Assembly (NCBI RefSeq): GCF_011386835.1
Contig: NC_088814.1
Location: 1,178,001-1,242,000, forward strand
Direction: 5' to 3'
Length of the DNA stretch: 64,000 nt
From: Chrysemys picta bellii
Lineage: Eukaryota
This document shows positions 38,748 to 52,400 of this stretch, in pieces (position 1 is the stretch's first letter; each line of letters begins with the position of its first letter). The notes under the pieces were generated by a model, which was not told the DNA's origin, did not search any database, and saw nothing but the letters and a program-made list of their open reading frames with translations. Position numbers and translations under genes: made by a program.

Positions 38748-39789
38748 GTGGCAGGTGCAGGCCCATGGAGGGATTGGAGCTTAATCAGTCTGAGAATCTG
38801 CCCCTGGGACTCGACCCCATCCCACTGGGCACTGCAGCCACACTGCCCCAGCACCAGCATGGGGCCCCTGCGACCAGCAGCAGCTCCACTGGGCCGCACT
38901 TTGTATTCATCAGAGCACGCCTGGCCGGGGGGACACGGGGGGACAGGCCATTCGCCTGGACACTGACAGGCTGGGATGCAGAGACACCAGCAAGGGGCGC
39001 ACGATTCAGTCAGTCAGGGCAGCTCTTGCCCGGGCTGTAGCCATTTGGGACACAGCCCCCCCGCAGGTGAGCAGCACAGGGGCAAGGCCTGGGTTCCCCC
39101 AGAGCAGCGCATCTAGCCGGGCCTGCCCTGGGGTACAGGTTACAGGGCCAGTTCCCCGGTGGGGGTGGGTTTAACTGTTCCACGGCTGGAGGTTGCCAGG
39201 GCCAGAACACAAACGCCCTCCAAGCTGTTCTATATCCACCTCCCCCACGACGCGGGGCTGTGACGTGGACAGGAAGCTGGGATCACACTGGACTCCGCAG
39301 CCCTTCCCTGTTCCCATGGCAGTTTCCATTTCCTGTTTGCCTTGCTAAGCTCAGTGCACTGACATCACGGTTACGTAACTTCCCAGAAGCCGGGGAAGGA
39401 GTCTGCTGAGAAGCGATAAAGGCCCCAAGGCGGAAGTGAGGCTGGTGGGTGAAAAAATGTTCAGAACAACAAGACTTCATTCCAAATTTTATTGAGGTCA
39501 CATTAAAAACAGAACAGGACATAGAGTCTACAAACATTTGATATTGCAACAGACACATAGATCAGGACAATAGACTTTTGGTCTTTGTGGCACCAAAATT
39601 AAATAGAAACAAAAAAGGATTAAAAAAATAATTTATCTCCAAGGTGTGTGGATTAAATAGACATAAATAGAGCAAGGGATCTGGGTGGCGTCCAGCCAAA
39701 ACCTGGACAGAATGAAACGAAGACGGAGTCTTCTGCTGAGCTCAGAGGGGTGTCCCATTGCGGCTGGAGATGCTGTTCCCGAGGTATCG

Positions 39790-41991
39790 TCACATGCAGC
39801 GGGCTGCCTGCAAACACTTCTGGGGATGCACGTCCGTCTGCGGGCCGTACAGCTTCTCCGCCCACCTCTCAAAGGCCGTCACCATCTGCTTCACCACCTC
39901 ATCGAAGAACAGGTTGGCCAAGTGAGAATGCAGGATGGACTTGAACTCAAAGGAGACCTGGCAAGGAAACACAGATCTTAACAGGGGGCTGCCCTGGGAT
40001 CTCTTTGCCCGATTGCAGCTGCCCTCGACTTCTTGCAGAGGGGCAGCCTGGCAGAACCGCAGGCCGCAGCGTCACTGGGGTGGCCTGTGTAAAGCATTCA
40101 CTAGCCACACACGGTGACCCCCCCAGGAAAGAAGGACTGTTCTGTGCAGGGCCAAGCCTGCCTCTTCCACCCCCGGCCCAGCCTGCCTCGGGGATTGGCC
40201 CAGACGGGAATACTCACATAGAAGTCTAACGTGCAGGTGTCTGGCTGCCCCGGCAGCCCCGGGCTAAACCGCCACAGCGTCTCCAGGTGGCTGAAGATGC
40301 GGCTGTCGTTGCATACAGCCTGCAGGAGGAAAGGGGGCTCGCGTCAGTTTCACCCCACAAGGCTCTCAGCTGATTTCAATCCACCCACACCCAGGAGTGC
40401 CCAGCAGCCAGTGACACTGAGCCCGGGCTGCTGGAGCCAGTAAGAACCGGGCTCCCTGTTCACACACGAGTTCACATCTGCGTGAGTCTGTGAACGTGGA
40501 ACCGGGCTACACAGGCCGTGTGGTAACAGGCGAGCCCCTAGCCGTAGAGAGGCTGGGGCTGCCAGTTCACTTGGGCAGAGGTTCCTTATCCGGCACCCGT
40601 CCCAAGCACTGACTTATTAGTGTGACGTCCGCCTCTCCTCAGCCCTGATCTGCCTGGAACTGGACCCACACAGCTCAGCACCAGATACAACCCTGGTTTT
40701 GTCTGGCTCCTTGGAGCCCGACTGCTGCCTCAGGGGGGGGAGAGGAGCTGCATCTCACACACAGACGCTTTTCGAGAACGGGGCAGACGGGGGTCACAGC
40801 CACAAGCACGAGGCCTGGGACCCACAGGAACCTCCCAGAATGTCTGGCCCTGGGATCCCCACAGGCCCCTAGGCTCCCTGGTGGCCCCTTACCCGGATCT
40901 GGTGCTGGGGAGTCAGGGAGATTTCAGAGACGTAGCGCTCCACGAGGGGCGCGAAGCCGACCTCCAGCTCTGCCCGCGTGAGCCCTTTGCGGTAGGACAA
41001 GACCTTGGAGCTCTTGCACCACGGCACAAAGAGCTGGTAGCTCTCCACGTTGGCCACCACGTTGTACATCTGCTCCATCGAGTAGCTGGAAGAGAGGGGA
41101 GACAAGCCGCCTGTGAGCGGGTGCCGGGCGGGTGACGCGAGACAGGCAGCACCTGGCGCGGGGGTCATCAGGCTGGGAACTCAGCCACCGACCTGCACCC
41201 TCCCCCCTTCCCTGGGCAACAGGCTCCTGCCACTGCCCTCTGCCCACCGGAGACAACTCCCACTCCCAGCCCCTTGGCCAGGTCCCCCCGGCCGAGCCGC
41301 CGAGACCCCCTTGGAGCCGCTGAACACCCCTGCCCGATGGGCGACTCTGGGCTCCACACTCACCCCAGCACTCGCGCTTCCGCGTACTCCATCCGCTTGC
41401 CACCCAGCAGAGGGGCTGCCAGGTTCAGGAAGGTCCGTGCCGGGGGCTGCAGCACCTGCGTCGGGGTGACGGGAGGTCGCTTGGGGGCCTGTGGCGTGGC
41501 CAGGATCCCACAGGAACTTAAATGCCTGAAACACAGAAGGGCGGTTACAGGGGTGAGCATCAGGGCACAGCCCGGGGGCCGCGCAGCCCCTTCAGCGTGG
41601 AACCCCCCCCACGGACAGCTCAGCCCCATGGGGTCCGGCTGGGCTCAGCCCCGGGGATTCAGATCCACATCCCCCCCGACCCCCAACCCTGGGCCCCAGC
41701 GCAGGACTGGGGCTCTTCCGGCGCCCACGGTGCCCCCGCCGGCTGGGGGGCAGGACACGAGAGGACGGGCCCGGGGGTCCCACCCGAATCCGGACCCAGA
41801 GTTGGAGCCACGTAGGGCGGGCAGGGGCCGCCCCATCCCCGGGGCCCGGGACCAGGCGGCGGCCCCCGCTCCCCCCGGCCCGGTCTCGTCCGGTCCGGTC
41901 CTTACCGAGTCCCGTCCCCGGGGCGCGGGCGGCCCCCAGCTCCCCGCAGCGCCCGCAGGAACGCGGCTCCCCGGCTGCTGCTCCCGGCCAT
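39790..41991 (-). CDS. Coenzyme Q-binding protein COQ10-like (START/SRPBCC fold), mitochondrial, 5 exons, 236 aa; probable third paralog
   Basis: Exons 41991-41906, 41525-41364, 41085-40893, 40319-40218 and 39957-39790 (TGA) total 711 nt with an intact frame. Motifs: [74 protein letters not shown]. The N-terminus is an Arg/Ala-rich presequence-like segment. AATAAA on the - strand at 39488-39493. The family call is secure; A versus B orthology is not, so no symbol is given. Confidence 0.93.
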
Positions 41992-42130
41992 GGCTCGCGG
42001 CTCGGTCCGTCTGCGCCGCCCCTGCCCCGGCCCCGGCCCCGGCTCCCCCGGGGTGGGTCCGCCACGTGCTCCAGCGACATGTGGGGAAACTCCCACGGGG
42101 CGGGGCCGCGGCCGGGACCGCCCGGAGACG
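41740..42130 (-). promoter_or_regulatory. COQ10-like CpG-island promoter/first exon
   Basis: A CpG-dense island encloses the ATG exon and includes GC boxes and a CACGTG at ~42063. Confidence 0.6.
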
Positions 42131-42435
42131 GGCCAGGGGGGGCCCTGGGCAGCTGTATGGGGGGCAGGTCCCAGGATGGGTCTGGGGCCCGGGGGAGCAG
42201 GGTGGGGGGCAGGTTCCAGGATGGGTGTATTGGGGGCGGGTCTGGGGCCCGGGGGAGCAGGGTGGGGGGCAGATCTCAGGATGGGTGTATGGGGGGGGGC
42301 AGGTCTGGGACCCCAGGGAAGCTCTATGGGGGAGCAGGGTGGGGGGCATGTCCCAGGATGGGTATATGGGGGGCGGGTCTGGGGCCCCAGGGAGCAGTGT
42401 GGGGGGCAGGTCCCAGGATGGGTGTGTGGGGCAGG
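42130..42435. repeat. G-rich tandem repeat upstream of COQ10-like
   Basis: Units like GGGGGGCAGGTCCCAGGATGGG(TGTAT..)TCTGGGGCCCGGGGGAGCAGGGT. Confidence 0.85.
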
Positions 42436-42738
42436 TTATGGGCTCACTGGGGCAAGGAGCAGGGACACGTCTCCCTGTTCCCTGGCACCGTCTGGACACA
42501 GCCCTGGGCCCGAGATGGAGCCATGTCCTAGTGCGAGTTCGGGGGTCGCTGAGTGTGTGTGTGTGGGGGGGGGGGAAGGAGCGTGTGAAGACAGGGGGTG
42601 AATTAGAGAGGTAGCTGCCTGCAAACACCAGGGCTCATTTAGGGCTCCAGCGAGACTGGCCCCAGGGAACATCCCCAGCCCCAGGGCACGAGACAGACAA
42701 TTGCTGGCTTTGCAGCCCTGGAACCTAGAGTTCTAGGC

Positions 42739-42965
42739 CAGTGGGTCTCAAACTTTCATAGTGGTGCCCCCTTTCACATCACAAGCCTCTGCGTGTGTGC
42801 GACCCCCCCTTGTACATTAAACACACTTTATTTATATATTTAACACCATTATAAATGCTGGCGGCAAAGCGGGGTTTGGGGTGGAGGGTGACAGCTGACG
42901 ACCCCCCCCATGTAATGACCTCGTGACCCCCTGAGGGGTCCCCACCCCCAGTTTGAGAACCCCTG
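42739..42965. mobile_element. hAT (Charlie-like) MITE
   Basis: TIRs CAGTGGGTCTCAAACT / AGTTTGAGAACCCCTG, with 8-bp flanks TTCTAGGC / GTCTAGGC (7/8 TSD match). Confidence 0.85.
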
Positions 42966-44059
42966 GTCTAGGCAAAACTCCAACCTGACCTACAGGCGGG
43001 CGGCTGGTTTCCCCGCTCTGAGCGAGGGCCGGTTGTGTAACAGACACTTGACAAACCTGGCTTCCGTTGCAAATGACTCACACTCCAAGTATGTTGGCCA
43101 GCCCAAGGGAGCGGGATTGCAAACAGCCAACATATCCAGACCTCCTGGCCCAGCTACTCTGACGCCCTCTCAGTCTGGAATTGAATTTCCTCTTTCCCTC
43201 AGCTAAAAAGTGTCCTTGACTTCCTGCAGCAGACTCAGGCCTAGGGAAGGAAAGTGTCCGCTCACTGCAGTCTGAAAGTGAGTTTTCATGAGGCGTTTCC
43301 ACCAGCTCCAAGGGCTGGAACCTCTCGAGGGACGAGTGACAGCAGCATTGGGAGACGGTCTGAAACCCGCCAGCGCTGTCGCTCTGCCGCCAGCATCAGG
43401 GAATCAACGTTCTCCTTGGTTGGAGGCAGAAGGGACAGGCCCCAGCTGGGCCTGGTTTCTGGGATGGGCTGAAGTTCAGTATCACTCAGCTCTGCTTCCC
43501 CTCTGGGTGTGTCTTGTACCTCACCAAGAGCTCAGGGACAGTAGGGTGGGACCTTTCCTTCATTGACCCTTGGTGACGGACCCACCCTATCCTCAGAGAT
43601 GAAGCTTCTGTGACCAGAACACAGCTTGGGGGAAGAGTGCAATAGGTTTGCGGGAGGAGAAACACCCTGGTCTACTGTAGGGCTGAAAAGAGTGTGAACA
43701 GCAAGCCCTGCTCCCGCCCAGTAAGGAGCAGTCAGGGTTTGTCTACATGGGAAAGTTTGACCGGTTATACCGGTATCGCTAAACCAACAGTCGTTCCAGT
43801 ATAACCCCACATGGACCCTGAGAGTCCACTATCCAAGTAAAAAGAACAGGAGTACTTGTGGCTTTTTCAGGTTAGCTTAAGACCCTTCCTAAATGTCATC
43901 AGCAACGCTGAAAAAAGCCCCTGGTCCACTGAATTTCAGTGGCAACAAGGATGGGGCATGGTGTTACTATACTGTTCCAACTCTCAATACCAAGCTGGGA
44001 GGGGTTGCAACAGGCGCCGACTTCCCCCCTGTTCCGTGGGTGCTCGACGTAGAAAACAT

Positions 44060-44455
44060 GACCTATAAGGGAAGATTGAAAAAAACTGGGTTTGTTTAGT
44101 CTGGAGAAGAGAAGACTGAGAGGGGACTTGATAACAGTTTTCAAGTACATAAAAGGCTGTTACAAGGAGGACGGAGAAGAATTGTTCTTAACCTCTCAGG
44201 ATAGGACAAGAAGCAATGGGCTTAAATTGCAGCAAGGGCAGTTTAGGTCGGACATTAGGAAAAACTTCCTGTCAGGGTGGTTAAGCACTGGAATAAATTG
44301 CCCAGGGAGGTGGTGGAATCTCCATCATTGGGGATTTTTAAGAGCAGGTTGGACAAACACCTGCCAGGGCTGGTCTAGATAATACTCAGTCCTGCCTTGA
44401 GTGCAGGGGACTGGGCTCGATGACCTCTCGAGGTCCCTGCCAGTTCTGTGATCAG
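44060..44455 (+). mobile_element. CR1 LINE 3' end
   Basis: The translation [51 protein letters not shown] is the typical CR1 ORF2 tail. It is followed by a CR1-type 3'UTR (GAGGTCCCTGCCAGTTCTGTGAT). Confidence 0.92.
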
Positions 44456-46426
44456 TTTAAAGTCACACCTTGGCTTAAACCAGTATAACCTTCCTTCCCA
44501 TGTAGACAACCCCCCAGACTCTGAAGGGAGGGGGGGCACTGCTTCCCTCCATTGCTCTTTGGCCAGAGGAATGGGGGAGGGTGGACAGGTCTCCTGGGTT
44601 CTGCCTGGGAGTGGGAATGTTTGTCCCCACACCAAAGAACATACAAGGAGAGATTAGAGGTGCTGCTTCTTATGGGGCATCTTTATTATTTGCACCCACC
44701 GATTCGCTGCTACCCTCTTGGTGGCTGAATGGTCTTTTTGATCCACCCAGGAGACCTCTCCATCCATCCAAGATCTTATTCTGCCATCAGCTTTGCCTTC
44801 CCGTGCCCATCAACCTGCCTCACCCGCTGACCCTATAACACGGGCCTTGCACTAGAGGTGCTAGTGGGAGTAAAGTGAATCTCAAATCATCAGCACCCCC
44901 AAAAGTGGCATGGAATTTAGGTCCCTCTGCCCCGTGCAGTGGTGATAGCTGGTTGAATGAGAGCAGCGCCCCCTGCTGGCCACCTGGCACAACTGCTAGG
45001 TCTAGTTTTTAAAAGTGAATTAAGCGCCTCGGTTACGGAGAGCCGGAGAGAGCAGCCGGGCCGGTTCCGGCACGCGGCTTTGGTGCTGTCTGTTGGGACA
45101 GTCGGGTGGAATCAGCACTCTACTGCAAGGCGCAGAAGGGCAGGTCCTGGGAGGCTAATGAAGGATTCAGAGCTGGCTGGTTAGGGCACCGTACAGACTC
45201 ACCCCTCACAGGGCCAAGCCCAGCATCTACGCCATGTCCAGGGCTGAGAGAGAACCCAGTACATGCTGGGCACGAACTCAGCCTCTGCCGCTTCCAGTCC
45301 ATCGACCCGAGGGGCGTCTACATCACCCCTTCCTCACTGCACCCTGGATCCAGGGAGGAGCGGAGGGCACGGCTGCTTTGCTGCACTAGTGTTGTGCAAT
45401 TTGGATCCGTTTCCCTGCTGCACAAGAGCTCTGCACGGGGGCTTTGTAGCATCCCTATGAACAGCCTTAAGCTAACGTCAGTTGAGGCGCTGAACACACT
45501 AGGCTGGCACTGGCAGTGCTCAGAGACTGGGGAAAAGCCCTCTCGGGTCCCCCTAGTTCAACAGAGCTCGGGCCCGGTGCTGGCCCAGTGCTCAGCACCT
45601 GTGGATGCAGGAGCCTGTGCTCCACGGAGTGACACGAGGGCTCGTGAAGCTCCCATCACGAGCCAGCAGGAGTCTCCCCTACGGCGGGGAGAGCTGCGTT
45701 ACCGTAGACCTGCGGCACAAATGCAGCCTGCTCGGGGACAGGCCCTTGGGCTCGAGCTGAACAGAAGAAACGGGCCTGGCAGAACAATTACCACACAGAG
45801 ACAGACTGCGCAAACTGGACCTTTAACTGGCACATGCCCGCAGGGTACAGCGTCCGCCCAGGTCTGGCAGCCCATGCCACCGCGGCCCATGCACTGAGAA
45901 AGGGGGACAGTCCAGGCGATACTGATCATACAAGGGGGGTGACGGCGCTCATGTCCCCGCTCCATACAGTGTAGCCCAAAGATGTTTAGGGTGGCAAATG
46001 GAGCTGGGCCTGGGCCTGGGACGTGCTGTGGGGCAGTGTTCTCTGGCTCCTGGGAGACTGCGGCCTCAGGGGGTGCAGGGAACATCAGTCACTACCTTCC
46101 TGGCTTGTGCCTCTCACTGCCCTTTGAGCCCACAGCAGGGGGCTGCCTCTTGGTCAGGGCCTTTAGCGACAGTAAAGCAGGATGCCTCTGCCCCCAGCCC
46201 CACCCCCTTGATACCAGACAAGCCATTTTAACCACCCAGCTGAGACCTGAACTGCGCCCGGCTGACTGACGATGTGCGATGCTCGAACACGGTGTGAGAT
46301 AGAGTGGGGTCAAGAGCGCAGGCCCTCAGCCCCTGGCAGCAGGGCCCAGCAGTGCTGGGATTCCCAGTCTGGCTGTGCAGGAAGATGAGACGGGAGTGAT
46401 GGGAAAAACCACCAGGTCCCAAGACT

Positions 46427-49400
46427 CTAGTCTTGGCCGATGCGCTGCTGCAGGAGGGCCCAGGCCTTCTCCACCTGCCAGAACAAACGTGGGACAGCAA
46501 GTCAGGGTTCAGAAGCAAAAAAGGGCACCAACTGCAGTTGTGCCAGGGCGGAGATGGGCACAGCCTGCTAGAGCACTGGCGCAGGGGCAGGCGTGAACTC
46601 CACTTACAGTGCAGTGCGCACAAAGCCCCGCAACCTTTCACTCCTTCCAGGCTGTGTTTAGGACTCATAACCCAGGCGGGGGGCGGATCTGCCAGGGGTG
46701 GCTGCAGCACAGACAGGACTTGGGGGTTCTCACTGGCCACCCACTAACCCCTGATTCCGCTGAGCTAATCAGCAATTGGGCATCTACCAGAATGCGCTGC
46801 GTTCCACGGAGACGACCCTCATCCCGGGAAGGAAAGAGCCAGCAGCCATCGCTCCTCCATAGGGAGAGGGACACGGAAGATCTCTGGCTCCGCATCTGAG
46901 CCAGCTGTAGGGACCAGATATTGCGTAAGCCCCGTTCCACTAGAGCGGAACAACGCTCTCACCCGATCTGAGCATAACCCGGCGAGCAGTGGCTTGTCCG
47001 AGGCCCTACGGGTAGCCCAGGCAGGACTCCTATCTAACCACGTGGTATCTAAGTCCTCGGCTGAAGCCGCAGGGCAGGTAGGGCTTGCATCTCTGCCAGA
47101 GGGATGGACCCCAACGGCTCCCCTCTGTCCCTGCTGGCCTGTCCTAGGCAAGACAGCAAGCACTCCTGGATCCCCAGCCGGGGGCCCCTGGGCTCTCACC
47201 TGCTTCTGGGTAGCCTCCGGCTCCCAGAGGGTGCACAGCACAACATGGGACTGCTTCACCCTCTGGGCGTTGCTCAACTGGCTTTGCAGCCTGTTGCGAG
47301 CAGCCTCTTCACTCAGCCCATCTCTGGCCACAATGCGGCGCAGGGCCTGAAAAGACCAAGAGGGGACGTTCACTTCCAGGCAGGCACACCAGGAGCCAAT
47401 GGCTGGGGCAGGGAGTCACCTACCTCCTTCTCCGGGACGCTGGCCATCCAGACCTCATGGACCATATCTGTCCAGCCGGCCTCCAGCAGCACGGCGACAT
47501 CCAGCACACACACCACTTTCCCTGTGGAACGAGGCCATTCCCCATGAGTGCTTGGGAACCACAAGCGCCCAATTCCCTGGGGCTGCTCCTACGAGCCAAT
47601 CCAAGCAAGCCTGAAATGTCACGCGTTGCTGCAAACGGGCAGCGCAGACACCTTACCGCGGAGCAAGAGAACCCCGTGCAGAAGAGAAAGCAGCATGCCC
47701 CAGACTGTTTCCAGCCTAGCACGTGCACACAGGCTGGGCCGGGCCACGGAAGCGTCTCCAGGAAAATGCCTGTGAGACTAGCAATGCTCCAGGGGCGTTC
47801 CATTTCCCCAGGGAGCTAGAGGAATTCTCTCCCGGGGAAACTCACTGCTGGGATTTGGAATTACAAATGCACTCATGGCCTTTTCTGGAGGGGGGGGGGG
47901 GGGCAGAGTATCCAACCATTTCATGCAAAGGCTCCCAATCCAAGTCTGGCACTTACCCAACTGCAGGAAGATGCAGTGGACGAGCTCCCAGTAAAGCACA
48001 GAAAGGACTGAGCTGGGAAAACCTACCAGGTGCAGACGGGGGCTTAGGACAGCAGTTACCCAGGGTCCCTGGGCCGCGCGGTGGTAACGGGATGATAAGT
48101 CCCAGTCCCCTTTGGGTTCAGAGGGGAAGATCACGCTCACCCTGGTCTGCTGCTTCATTCAGCTGCCTCTTTGTCATCTTAGCAATCACCGGCCACACGA
48201 TGTCCGTGAGACACTTTAACCGCTCCTAGCAAGGGCACATGGCTGGACATCAGTTATTTGCTTTCATACGATCAAGTGACAGATTTCCTGGGTAACCCCG
48301 CAAAGGGAGTCACCCACCAGCATCCCTACTGCCTCCTCCCCCAAGGGCCCCACGTTTCCAGCTTGCTAGGTTAGCCCCCGATGGAAAGTGGTGATACTGC
48401 CCTAGGAAGCAAGGTGCTCGCCTCCTCTTTCCTGCCCTGCAGGGAACAGATTCTCCGAGCGACTCCATCAGTAGTAGCCTGATCTCAGTCACTGCAAGAG
48501 CTCAGCGGAGATGATCTATCACCATGTAACAGAGGAAGCTGGGGAAGTGGGAGTCGCAGTCCAGGCCCCAGCAGAATGGTGCCCACACAGGGCTCCCACT
48601 CAGACAAGCCAAGGAACGACGAGGTCGTGGAGACTGAACTCCCCTTCCACACCTCAGCTGCAGCTCAAAATCCAGGGTTGCCAGTCTCCCACTAGTGAAA
48701 GGAGGAGCACAGGAGCGGACCAGTGGTCCGTGTTCCCATCACCGTGTTGGTTAACTCTGCTCAGGGAAACCCCAGGACACACAGGGTCAATCGGCCTGGG
48801 CCACATGTACGCCAGCACTTAGACCAACATTGGGAGATGTCGCCCTGGAAATGGGTCTCCCCTGGTAGGTGGCTTGGGCTGCGGAGGGGATCCGGGGATC
48901 CAGCACTGCCAACACCTTCACACTAGAGAAAAAACAGCCGGTGGGAGCCGAGGGAGCAGCAGAAGCACAGAGGGGAAGATACCGAAGCCTTGGCAGCAGT
49001 GGGGACAGGAGAGGTGAAATACTGACACGGAGATGGGCGGGTTTTACCTGGTTTCCAAACACTTTGGCCCCCAGGATTTTCCTGTTAATTGTCCCATCTT
49101 CATTCAAAATGTCTGGAAGACAAAGAGGAACAGTAAAAAAAAGGACTCAGTTCAGATCCTCATGGGAGAAGGGCTCCCAGGGAAGCAGGAGCTGCTGAGT
49201 GGGGTCTCTGCCTGGCATTCCCTTAAAGGGGTCTGCAAACAAACCCCGGGCTTCTTTAAAGTGTAGAGAGGGCAGGAAAGGGCTTTTTCCTTCACGTTGG
49301 GAACATTAGGAATGTCAAGTCCAGCCTTTCCTGCTCTAGCTGGAGAACTTGTTGGCGGGCACAGCTATGGAGTGGGAGGTCTCCTGCCTTACCAGAAATG

Positions 49401-52400
49401 TCCTTTCTCCCTACGGTTCATTAGGCAGTGGAATTCAACAGGAGTTAAAAACAGCTCAGTGATCTTCCTAAGAATCTCGCCCCCCTCCACTGCTCAGCTT
49501 TCACATATCACGTCGCCAGGTCTCCAAGACCTGAATTTCTTATGGAAAAGACAACAGATTTTTGGACAACCTTACAGGCTCGTCTCTAAGTCCCTTTCTC
49601 CTCACCTTCAGGCAACTTTTAAAGCAGAAGGGTGGCCAACATGCTCATGGCACAGAGGCAAGGCCTAAAAATGCTACAGACCAACATGCTAGGTTTCGTC
49701 TTAATGTAAGCACCTTCTGCTTGGTTCACACCAGAGCAGTGGTTCTCAACCAGGGGTACAAGTCCCCCTGGGGATACACACAGGTCGTCCAGGAGATACA
49801 TCCACTCATCTAGAGATTTGCCTAGTTTTACAACAGGCTACGTAAAAAGCACTAGTGAAGTCAGTGCAACTTAAAATTTCACAGGCAGTGATTTGTTTAT
49901 ACTGCTCTGTTTACTAGACACTGAAATGTACGTACAATATTTCAATTCCCATTGATCTGTTTGATAATTATATGGTAAACGAGAGTCAGCCGTTTGTCAG
50001 TACTAGTGAGCTGTGACACGGCTGTATTTGGATGTCTGATTTTGTAAGTTTTTAAGTGAGGTGATTCTTGGGGGTCCCGAAGACAAATCAGACTCTTGAA
50101 AGGGTACAGGAGTCTGGAAAGGGTGAGTGCCACTGACCTGGAGCACTGTATGCTGGGCCCTGTGTACTAAGGATGAGGGCACCTGCAGCTGGCACCATTT
50201 TCTGCCAATCACGAACAGCCTTTATGCTACCACAACTCTGGTTACAACACAGTCCTTCGATCAGCGAAGCTTGGCTCCCCGTGTCTTACAGGGCCCTGCC
50301 CAGCAGTTCAGGCTTCCAAACCAACCTATGTCCAAGAGTTCTCTGCCAGTAGCACCCTCTGGAACCCAAAGAGCTGTACGTTTGGTTCCGAGACACCAGC
50401 TAGGGACAGTCAGCCAACAGACACACGCTAGGTAGTCTGGCGTTTTGCTGCTTCAGTGGCCACGAATATCCAGTATAGGGAAGCACAAGTTAGCGAGTAT
50501 CCTGGGTCCAGGGCAAATAATCCTGGATGCTGTTTACAGCCAAAGATGTCAGTGGATAAGAAAACTACCTCCAGCACTTCACTTTCAGACACTAGCTCTC
50601 CACAGCCCTGTGAGCTGGGGAAGTGCAGGGGACGCGGACTGCTCCCAAACCAAAGGAGGGAGAGATTTGGAACTCAGAAGTTACTAAGATGATTAGGGGG
50701 GAGGGATAGCTCAGTGGTTTGAGCATCGGCCTGCTAAACCCAGGGTTGTGCGTTCAATCCTTGAGGGGGCCATTTAGGGATCTGGGGCAAAAATCTGTCT
50801 GGGGATTGGTCCTGCTTTGAGAAAGAGGTTGGACTAGATGACCTCCTGAGGTCCCTTCCAACCCTGAGATTCTAGGAGTCTATGATGTGTCCCCGTCACC
50901 CTTGCTGCCCCGGCATTCTATGCAGAATATGCTCGCTGTACCTTCTCCGAACTCCTCTGCCACCTGCTCATATGCAGGGCCACCTGGGGCATAGGCTTCG
51001 TGGCCCAGTTTGTCAACATCGATGAGGAAAGCTCCGAGGCGTTCCAAGTGTCTGGCAATGGAACTTTTCCCACTTCCAGTTCCTCCAGTCAGACCGATCA
51101 CATAGGGACGAGAAGGCTGGGCCGGGCCTTTCTACACAAAGAAGAGTTACAGCGTCAGAAGATTCCAAAGCTACTCAGCGCTGGTGGGGGCAGGAAGGGC
51201 TGGGGAGAAGAGGCCCTGATCGTGAATCCCCACGAGCTCTGAGGATGGATGTGAAAGCTGATGCAAGCAGACAGCTCCTCCCGGGGACTGTGAGTAGAGA
51301 CATGGTCTGGTCTTGGTATGTTCCATGGATGCCCCTGAGAGGGAGACCCCGGCACACCCCAGTCTCCACCACACCAGGCTGCCACACCTCCCCCCAGACC
51401 CGCTCAACGTCCAGCTGCACTTCTCCCTGTGCTTAGTTATGGTCACAAGATCCAAACTAAGCCCAGGAACGTCACCGTCAACCTCCTTCTGGCATCAGTC
51501 CAGGAGGAGGATGCAGTTACAGGGCCCGGGGCCAGCTGACTCCAGCAACGGGCCCTGTCCAGGCCTCTCTGCTCAGCGCTCCCTTGTGTCGTCTCTATGT
51601 CCCCACTCTCATCGCCGCCCTTGTTATTTGACCCTGTTGTCTTGGTGTCACCCATTGTTGTTTCTGGCCCCCACTCACTGAGGTGGAGTAGACCAGCATC
51701 TCTCCCCAGGGCTAGAAGCCACACAAAACCCTACAGGCCGGAGGTTGCTTGGCAAACGGACGGGAGTGCCGGCTGCAGAGCCTCCAGTTACTGTGCCTTC
51801 CTACCTGTGGCGGCTGCAGCAGCGTTCCAAGCAGCCTCTGCCGGATGCTGGAGGAGCTGATCTTTTCCTCTTCGTTCTCTCCGTGCCTGAGATCTTTCAC
51901 CAGCAGGATCTCGTGGAGGGCCAGCTCGGAGAGCCCCTGCAAACAGAATGTGCAGCACAGCGTGGTCAGAGGGTGGGGAGCCACCAGCAGCCCTTCAGTC
52001 AGACCGGCCCCCCAGCAGAGTCACAGTGAAGGCAGCATCTTCACACCAAGCTCTGGAGGCCCCCTGCAATCAGCCGGCCTGTGGGCAGTTCTGCAAGGAG
52101 GCTGGAGGTTGCTGCCTCCCACGATTAGTCCCCACCTGCCTGCGACTGGGCAGTGCTACAGGCCGCTGCTGGGCAAGGACTGGGGTGACAGAAGGGGACT
52201 CTGGAGTCAGGAGGGAAAGCAGCCGCCAGAGAAGGGGAGGGTCCCAAGGAATCAGGAGCCTCTTTCTACCTACAGGACACAGCTCCCCTACTATCCTTTG
52301 GGGCCAGGCCAACGAGTAACTGCCTGGGCCCAGGAGAGAGCTCCCCTGGGGCAGGCTCTTCCAGAATTGTCCATTAAGGGGATCCATGCACTGGGCACCA

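Noticed and set aside
44092-44382. 96-aa ORF as a host gene
   Set aside because: It is a 5'-truncated CR1 ORF2 remnant.
46310-46372. Segment encoding ..CWALLPG.. as a COASY last exon
   Set aside because: The true terminal exon [15 protein letters not shown] at 46474-46427 fits far better; this segment is 3'UTR.
50696-50780. tRNA-like sequence
   Set aside because: It runs straight into a CR1-type tail and lacks a proper acceptor stem, so it is a SINE head rather than a tRNA gene.
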